DNA of 59,990 nucleotides from the NCBI GenBank assembly GCA_905331295.1, contig CAJNYD010000107.1, positions 1 to 59,990 of the forward strand, given 5' to 3'. How positions within the stretch are numbered: the first letter of the stretch is position 1; the number at the start of each line of letters is the position of its first letter. Of the stretch, positions 52,901 to 59,990 are shown in pieces. The translations under genes and the position numbers were made by a program. Origin of the DNA: Rotaria socialis (Eukaryota). The notes beneath the pieces are model-generated. The model was not told where the DNA came from and did no database searches. It saw nothing but the letters and a program-made list of their open reading frames with translations.

Positions 52901-55745
52901 TGATTTTGCTGGACTTAATCAAATTAAATAAATTAGTCGCAGTATTCGACGAACAACAGAAATGACTACTTTTGAAGATTTTATTTCGATTGGTTCTTAG
53001 GCACTCTAACGCTTCTCATTGGCTTCTCATGAGCAAAGTATGGCATATGAGTGTGTATGGATGTAAAAAGGAGAAAGGCATGGGTGATAATGATTCTCTA
53101 CTTCTGAAATCTTCTATGCCAGTGCTACCCTCGTATTTTTAACACTTGCGCATGTAGTCGCCGAAATATGATGCGTGCCAATGCTACATTCACTGAGTGA
53201 TGTAATGATTTCTGATAGAAGAGATATCTGTGCTGATGGTATTACACTTTATTTCACTCTTCAAATCATAAAATCGCATCGATTACATATAAAGCACACG
53301 CTTAAATACTCAACCATTTGAGAGAACGAAGGAGAATGAGAGATAAAGACAAATATCAAGGACAGAAAGATAAAGGCAATATATGTGATGAAAAGAATTG
53401 GCACCATAAGGCCAAATACCATGCACAGATCACACTCGAACGGGAGCGTTACACTCCAACGTGGAATTTAGACCCTCTCCGCATTTATCGTTACAAGTGA
53501 GAACATAGGCACCTGTGAAAAGCATACTGAAACTAACACTGTGTGGAACATGTGATGATAGCTATGATGAAATACCAATACTTTATTTTGAATAACGCGC
53601 ATCAAAATCCGCTAGATTTTATGAATATTTTCGTGTGATGTAAATATTTTCATTCGAATAAGTACAGTTCTATGCAGTGATACAGATCTCTTATGAAACT
53701 CGATCTCGAATCGATATTGAGGAGAAAACCAGTAATCTGGGTTCTACTTCTTTGCATATGCTGTCTCTTTGAAAAACAATCTTCCTACAATTTTAGAACT
53801 ATTCTCATTCATTCTGTCTTTTGATGAAATAACGAAATGAATTTGTTCAGCAGATAATGACTTAAGTAACCAATATAGTCTCTGCGTCTTACTAAACTAT
53901 TCTTTTCTATCCTACTGTAATTGATACACGCATTATGCATGGCATTCTCTCTTATCTTTTTTCATTTGAGAAAATTCTCATTCGTCAACGTTGCTTTGTA
54001 GTCAACATTTGTGTTTTTCGTACTTCATATGGCTTATACATTGCATACACAAATTGGATCCAATCAATACAGAAATCAACAGCAAAGCATAGTCTGCTCA
54101 TATTTCAGTGAATAACTGCTTATTCACGAAAACAGAATATGCTCATCGCTAGTGCAGCAGTGACGTTTTTGAGAAAATATACAATATTGGAGCAGTTAGT
54201 TTTCACTAAATTAGGAAAATTCAAATGTATACGCTACTTGATTTGTAACTTGTAAGTTGAACTGAATCGGTGTATAATGATTGTTTTAATAAAGGTTCAC
54301 CGTATGCTCTTTATAATAAGTCTGAAACAAAAGTATTATGTTGTTAAAATTTATTAGACAATTACACGAAGTTGTATAAACCGTCTGGTATATATGCACG
54401 TTTTTTTGTTTTCTATTAATGGACCTTATTACCATTACGGGCCCCAAGCTATATTCACCGATTCATCCTTTTAAATGCAAGTATTTCACTAAAGCTGATA
54501 AAAATTAAAAAAGAACAACAGCAGATATAATAACATGATACAAAAAGAAGACGATGCATGTGATACATACTAAAGAAAATTTTTTCGCAAGATATAATGT
54601 CGCAGGCTCAATAACAAGAAATGTGTCATATTTAGAATGTATCATACAGAAACGGAGAACTCACCGGTTACACTGCGTCAGCTGGCTTCAGAGCGCAACG
54701 AAATGGTTTTAGATTGGACGAGCTGCTCACCACGGTCAGATCCTGGTTAAGATATTCGGGTCGGCTCTAACAGAAAAGCTGTGAATTTCCCACGTAAGTA
54801 ATTTATCATCAGATTCGAGTATTTCCTGTCCGGATTCACCTGTAGAAACGTCAAGTAACAAGGGGGATCTTTGCCAAAAATACTGACTTTAATTCTATGT
54901 AAATATTTTGTAAAAACAATATTTCTTGTCCGAATTCGCTTATAGATCTGTATTGATTTACTTCTTGGCTTTGCTAGATGCATAATTTTATTCTCTATCG
55001 AATGATATAATGTTTTGAATGGGGTCGTCGAGCAAAAACTGGGTGTTTCGGACGAAATATCGCCTGAGAACCATGTTTTTGGGTGGGAATCTGAATGTGG
55101 GTGTAAATGTAATTGAGAGCAAAACATGTCGGAAATAAAGATACCAGTCTACTACGGAGTGAAAATAGATTCAAATTGTTTCGGGAATCATCTATAATGA
55201 GTTGACATCCTAAGGTATGGTCGCCCCCAGTGTTACACCCGCATCTTCACTGATATTGGCTCCAGTACTGAGACTCCTATTATTAATTGACGTAGCGGAG
55301 ATGCGACACATAATAAGTGCGATATCATTCCGATGAAGACACATGAAACAAATTTTTATATAGTATGATGGCATCGAAATAAACCAGCTGACAACTCAAA
55401 AATCACAAAATATTTTTTCACATATTTTTTCACATGTCTTTCTGAGAAAATTTAGTGCGTCGCTGTTTTTATTCTATCATCACATCATGTCGTCATCTAG
55501 TGATTGGAAATAAATAATTAAAACAATCCTTTAAAAAATACCTACTTTTCGAAGTAGGATGAAAAACGGCTAAGCAAAACGAAATTCACAACTTTTTCTA
55601 TAGAATATCTGACTCAATATATTTATGACGAAGTGAAGCATACATTGGTTTAGACTTTCGACTATATTCAATTAGTCCCTAGCAACTTCAAAGCAAATGA
55701 TTGACTTAAAAAGACAAACATGTAATATCGTATTTGTATGATTTT

Positions 55746-55825
55746 CGGATGTGGATGTGGGTGTCGGTATAGTTGTGGCAGTTGGATAAACGAACATCCA
55801 TATGCAGATTTCACACCCCACACCG
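55746..55825. repeat. Telomere-repeat-armed hairpin, copy 11 (degenerate)
   Basis: cggaTGTGGATGTGGGTGT ... CACACCCCACACCG. Confidence 0.6.
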
Positions 55826-55898
55826 TATTTTAACGTTTTAGTATGCGCCGTATATCGCCGTGTCGTATACGAACCAATACAGCAACCGTTTGAAATTC

Positions 55899-55954
55899 GT
55901 GGGTGTGGGTGTTCATAAGAGAAACAGGTACAAATGCACCCACACTCACACCCA
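55899..55954. repeat. Telomere-repeat-armed hairpin, copy 12
   Basis: GTGGGTGTGGGTGt ... gCACCCACACTCACACCCA. Confidence 0.75.
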
Positions 55955-56263
55955 TACATTGACGACGTGATAGTGTTTGTGCTTCGTAGAAAAGCGTTGT
56001 GCATCGATCGAACAGCGTCATTTTTTTCTCATCATTATTTACATCCATTCTCGATCGACTCGCGTTTCTTCGTATTACCCCCAAATCCTACATGGACGCC
56101 CGTGAGAAGGGATCCAGATGATGGTGCTTTCGCTTAGAAGAAAGAGTGCTGCCTATCGGTGGATCAGCCTCATTTTCTCCCATCATCACAACAACGATGC
56201 TTGGTATTGTGTATCTATTAATCTCTGTTCTGACCAAGGGGGAAAAGCGGATCCCGCCCGTTC

Positions 56264-56390
56264 GGGATACACAGGATACAGAGGATACAATGGAGATACA
56301 GAGGATACAGAGGATACCATCACGATCCAGAGGATACGGTGGTGATACAACGACAATCCGAAGGATACGGTTTGGAATTCAGAGGATATG
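56264..56390. repeat. Degenerate 9-bp tandem repeat (AGAGGATAC)
   Basis: About 10 ggatac/gatac units, e.g. caggatacagaggatacaatggagatacagaggatacagaggatacc. Confidence 0.8.
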
Positions 56391-56725
56391 TACAACAATA
56401 TGCAGATAAAACTTGATTTAATGAAGAAAATACGAAATTCACATCATTTATCGATAGAAATGAATATTGGCTTAGCTCTAGGAATGATTTTATATCAATG
56501 TCAACATTTTTAAAGAATTTCTTTACGCAGTCTTTTGTTAAAGACACTGTCAGATGCTCTGTAATCGATTTAAATTTTTAAAAAACTAAAGCTATTTAAG
56601 TAGTGTGATGTTTCATTCTTTATATTCTAAAGTTCAATTATATGTATTTGTTAGGCTCTAATATGTATAGAAGGAAAGAGACAAGCAGTGTCACTGATGT
56701 TATGTGACAGAACGACGAAAAAGAT

Positions 56726-56797
56726 GACCTTCCATGGGAATCGAACCCATATCTTCTGCTATCCGGGCAGATGTACTACCGTTATACTAGAAAACGC
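56726..56797 (-). tRNA. tRNA-like sequence (probable pseudo-tRNA or repeat-borne Pol III module; loop triplet GGA)
   Basis: Minus strand has A-box tagtataacggtagta, stem-loop tctgc-ccggata-gcaga and T-arm atggg-ttcgatt-cccat. The acceptor stem is poor and position 33 is C rather than U. Confidence 0.55.
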
Positions 56798-56984
56798 ATC
56801 TAAATCATCGTTTAGGGTCCAAGTGATTCATCATGGACGCTAACATTATTCATACAGACGGACGAGTTGAATGTTAGAGAACGAGAAAAATAACAATTTC
56901 TATCTATCTTTCTCATGAACAATTTTTTCGTTACATATCATCCTATCAAATTATTGTAACATCTTATTTCTATTTTTTTCGACC

Positions 56985-59820
56985 ATGCCACCAACAACAT
57001 TGAACATGGACATTACAGTCCTTCCTCCAGACGTATTATCACTACATGATGAATCTTTCTATTAATTAGTTCGTAAAATAGCTGGTCCCATAGAAGCTGA
57101 CTTACTTGAACTACAAGGAATTCGTAGTGCTCATTCATTGATTCATACTGAGGACATATTTGATATATTGAAGTATGAATGAAAAGCATTAGATCAAATT
57201 AAAAAAAGTGCTTGCCTTCTATTGGTTGATAATCGATACATCATCAAGCCTGGCTGTAAAAGTAATTTACGTTATTTCACTCAATTGCTCAATGTTAAAA
57301 ATCAAGAGCACTTGAAAACAATTGCACTTGGAATTAAATCAAAGCAAACGTCAAACGATGATAATAATAATTAGTAATAATATTACATTGGCATCTCAAT
57401 CATCAGCACAAGTTCTACCTATCTCTTCACCGTTATCACCAACTATGGCAACAGGAACAAAAGGTTGGTATATGCAAATATTTGGTACCATAATTTATCC
57501 AATTTTAGTTACATATATTTTGAAGAGTTACTTTGTTTTTAGAATATTTTAAGAGAGTATTGGGTACAGTCTTGATTTTTACTTTATGTTATTCTTATAA
57601 TGAATCTTGTGTGTTAGAACAACTGTCATATATGCTATTGTGATCTGTAATATTTTTCACTATGTATAAAATATATGATTCCGCACATATTTTTTAGATA
57701 TATAATCTATGAGATTTTATTTTAGCGCAGCTGTACACCTATAAGACTTGAATTCAGACATATCTATGTAACATTTTAATGAAGGACGGATAATACAAGA
57801 TTTATTATAAGAAATAAGTACTAGGAGCCATGAGTAACAGAGGAGGTTCTACTTTTAGTCACGGCAATTTTGGAACAAATAATTTTCAATAATGCTAACT
57901 TTAGATGTTGTTTTGTAGAAATAATGAGGACTGTCTGTATCAGCAAGTGTTCATGCTGATTCTGGATTATTTAAGTATGATAGTAGAATGTTAGTGAGAT
58001 TGTCACAGATTCTATTTGTTTACTTCAGTAATTAACTATTAAATCGAATAATTTCTGCCCTTCAACATCGTAAATTTTGTGCAGTTTGCAAGTAGTGAAT
58101 CTTCATACTCTCTTGTTTCTTTTTCCTTATTTTTCTCTTTTAAAAACTTATGCAATCTTGTTTGCATAATAATAAAATGAAATCAAACTATGGTCTTATT
58201 TTTAACTATTAACATTTTTAATTCTCCTCAATCTAATACACTAATAACTTCTGATACGTTGGAAGAGAATAAAAATTCTTTTCTTAAAACTTTGATCAAT
58301 AACATTACGAGTAACAGCAAAAAGTCGAAAAACAATTATCGATATAATACAAAAGTGCAAAAATTTGCTCAAGCATTATATATTATGGGCGGACGCAACA
58401 CAAACAAATATATTCGTCTAAATCTTCCAGGTGCAGTACCATAGATTACTTCGATTGATGGTTCTATTACAAAAGCTGATGGAAAGATCGTTGAAGGTGA
58501 ATTTCGATATGATGCTCTTAGGGATCTCCAAACTTCAAACAATTATCAACTAGCTGTCTGTTCCGAGAATTGTACAAGTGTGACCCCGAAGGTGATGTAT
58601 GATGCATCTACTAATATATTCATCGGATTCTCAACTCCTCTCGATCATGGAGTATCCGTTACACAATTTTTTCAAACTGATTCGTATGACCAATTGAAAG
58701 AGTGGTTTGAGAATGAAGAGAAGTCAAATCTTTTAAACGTTCATATGTTAGAACTTCTTACAATATCTAAATCTTCGTCGACTTCATTTCTTTTAGGAGC
58801 TTACAGAATTACAAGCAAATTTAACTCCATTGATGTTCTTCGTCGTTGGCTGTGGATCTTTGAACGGTCTCGAATTTCGAATATTCGAATTCTTGCTTTT
58901 TCAGCGGACTGTGATCCGAAATATTTACGTGCTATGCGTCTCATTACAGGTTTTTTTGCTAAACTACCTAACATACCTATAAGTGAGCGCAACGATGTGC
59001 TAGAAGTGAAGTTACCAAAGAACTGATCTTCATGGTTCTTCATGCGAATATGCCAGCTATTTTTTTGTTTTCAGGATCCAGTACACATCTGCACCAAGAT
59101 TCGTAATCGTCTTCTTTCTCAATCTGCTTCAATGTGTATTGGAAACGAAAAAATATCAGTCGATGTACCCTTTGATTTAATTAGCAATCAATCGAAACTA
59201 ATGCATGGATTAGTAAAACGGATGTTTATCCAAAAGACCGACAAAACTTTGGTTCTTGTGCTAAAATTTCAACTGATGATGTTTTATTTCCTCTCAATAA
59301 TGTTTCTGATTCTTATGCTACACAAGTTTACTTACGTCTGCTGCGTAGTATTATAATAGCTTATATTGAAAAAAGTGCATCAATTATTGATCGAATATAT
59401 CATAGTTGGATGACAGTATTCATTTGCCGCCTTTGGTGGACTGGGTTGCAGTTAACGGATGAGGAAAAAATTTCCACGGAACATCAGGACAAAAATAAAG
59501 CTTTTTTCTTTATCACAAAAGCTGCTTATCATTCTATTGAAATCAATGCACACACATTACTATCAGTTGTTATTCTTGTTTGCCAGCATGATCTGCCTGA
59601 ATCTGCTCTATGTATATCAAGTTTTAATTCGCAGACATGCGAAAATGTATTCAGACTAACAAGATCAATGCCTGGGACATTCTCATCAAATGTGAATTTT
59701 ACTGTCGGACAATTTCTCCGACGAGCTGGTAAACTTTCAGTATTGCAAGATATTGAAAGATAAAATGAACATGATCTATCGGAATGTTCTTTACAATTTC
59801 CTAAACATCATAAGCGACGT
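56985..59820 (+). mobile_element. Decayed P-element/THAP9-superfamily transposase (pseudogene)
   Basis: Fragments NYRY..VQKFAQALYIMGGR..KYIRLNLPGAVP*, EGEFRYD, CSENCT, FSADCDPKYLRAM, FQDPVHICTKIRNRLL (DxxH..K..RN), frameshifted DVYPKDRQNF, FNSQTCENVFRLTRS. Several in-frame stops (e.g. 58442, 59024, 59761) and frameshifts. An N-terminal fragment at 56985-57370 also has stops. Confidence 0.8.
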
Positions 59821-59839
59821 CACATAAAAGATAGGTAGT

Positions 59840-59920
59840 GGCTATGTGTACTCGAGTGTACATAGCCCTATGATTATATGCACTCGAGTATACATAGCCC
59901 TATGACTATATGCACTCGAC
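59840..59920. repeat. 32-bp tandem repeat (~2.3 copies) starting with a near-perfect palindrome
   Basis: ctcga at 59851, 59883 and 59915; ggctatgtgtactcgagtgtacatagcc is an imperfect palindrome. Confidence 0.85.
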
Positions 59921-59990
59921 TAGGAATAAGCAATTAATTCATAAATCTTAAGTTATATTAATGTGTTGTTTATACTTCATGGACAATATC

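Noticed and set aside
23324..55954. Hairpin family as a CRISPR-like repeat-spacer array
   Set aside because: Copies are dispersed over 32 kb and the arms are inverted around the spacer rather than direct repeats in tandem.
53000..56550. Short ORFs (54747-55127, 55672-56004, 56146-56409 and others)
   Set aside because: They derive from hairpin and 9-bp repeats (CECGC, HPHP, DTEDT patterns) and show no protein-family motifs.

Overview
Eukaryotic, AT-rich DNA with many short (~45-75 nt) GT-AG introns. The gene families present (expanded F-box/LRR-like, bacterial-type kelch, receiver-like+ART+TPR, P-element-like transposase) point to a bdelloid rotifer; this is an inference. The left part (1-22.5 kb) holds an AE-type SLC4 anion exchanger, a BTB protein, a VWA protein, an F-box protein, an otopetrin proton channel and a TA-flanked MITE. 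The right part (23-60 kb) looks accessory. It carries a secreted 8-repeat kelch gene, a 5-EGF mucin-like gene whose first intron has a piggyBac-type MITE nested in a hAT-type MITE, a cullin-3 pseudogene, receiver-like ORFs, a tRNA-like module and a decayed P/THAP9-like transposase. Two things stand out. First, three tightly packed tandem genes each join an ERICH3-type DUF4590 domain to a receiver-like + ADP-ribosyltransferase(-like) + TPR module; only the last keeps the R-S-E catalytic triad, and the ~100-nt junctions suggest co-transcription. Second, about 12 dispersed short hairpins have arms made of TGAGGG/TGTGGG (reported bdelloid telomeric repeats) around unrelated spacers. All exon models were assembled by eye and need RNA-seq confirmation.
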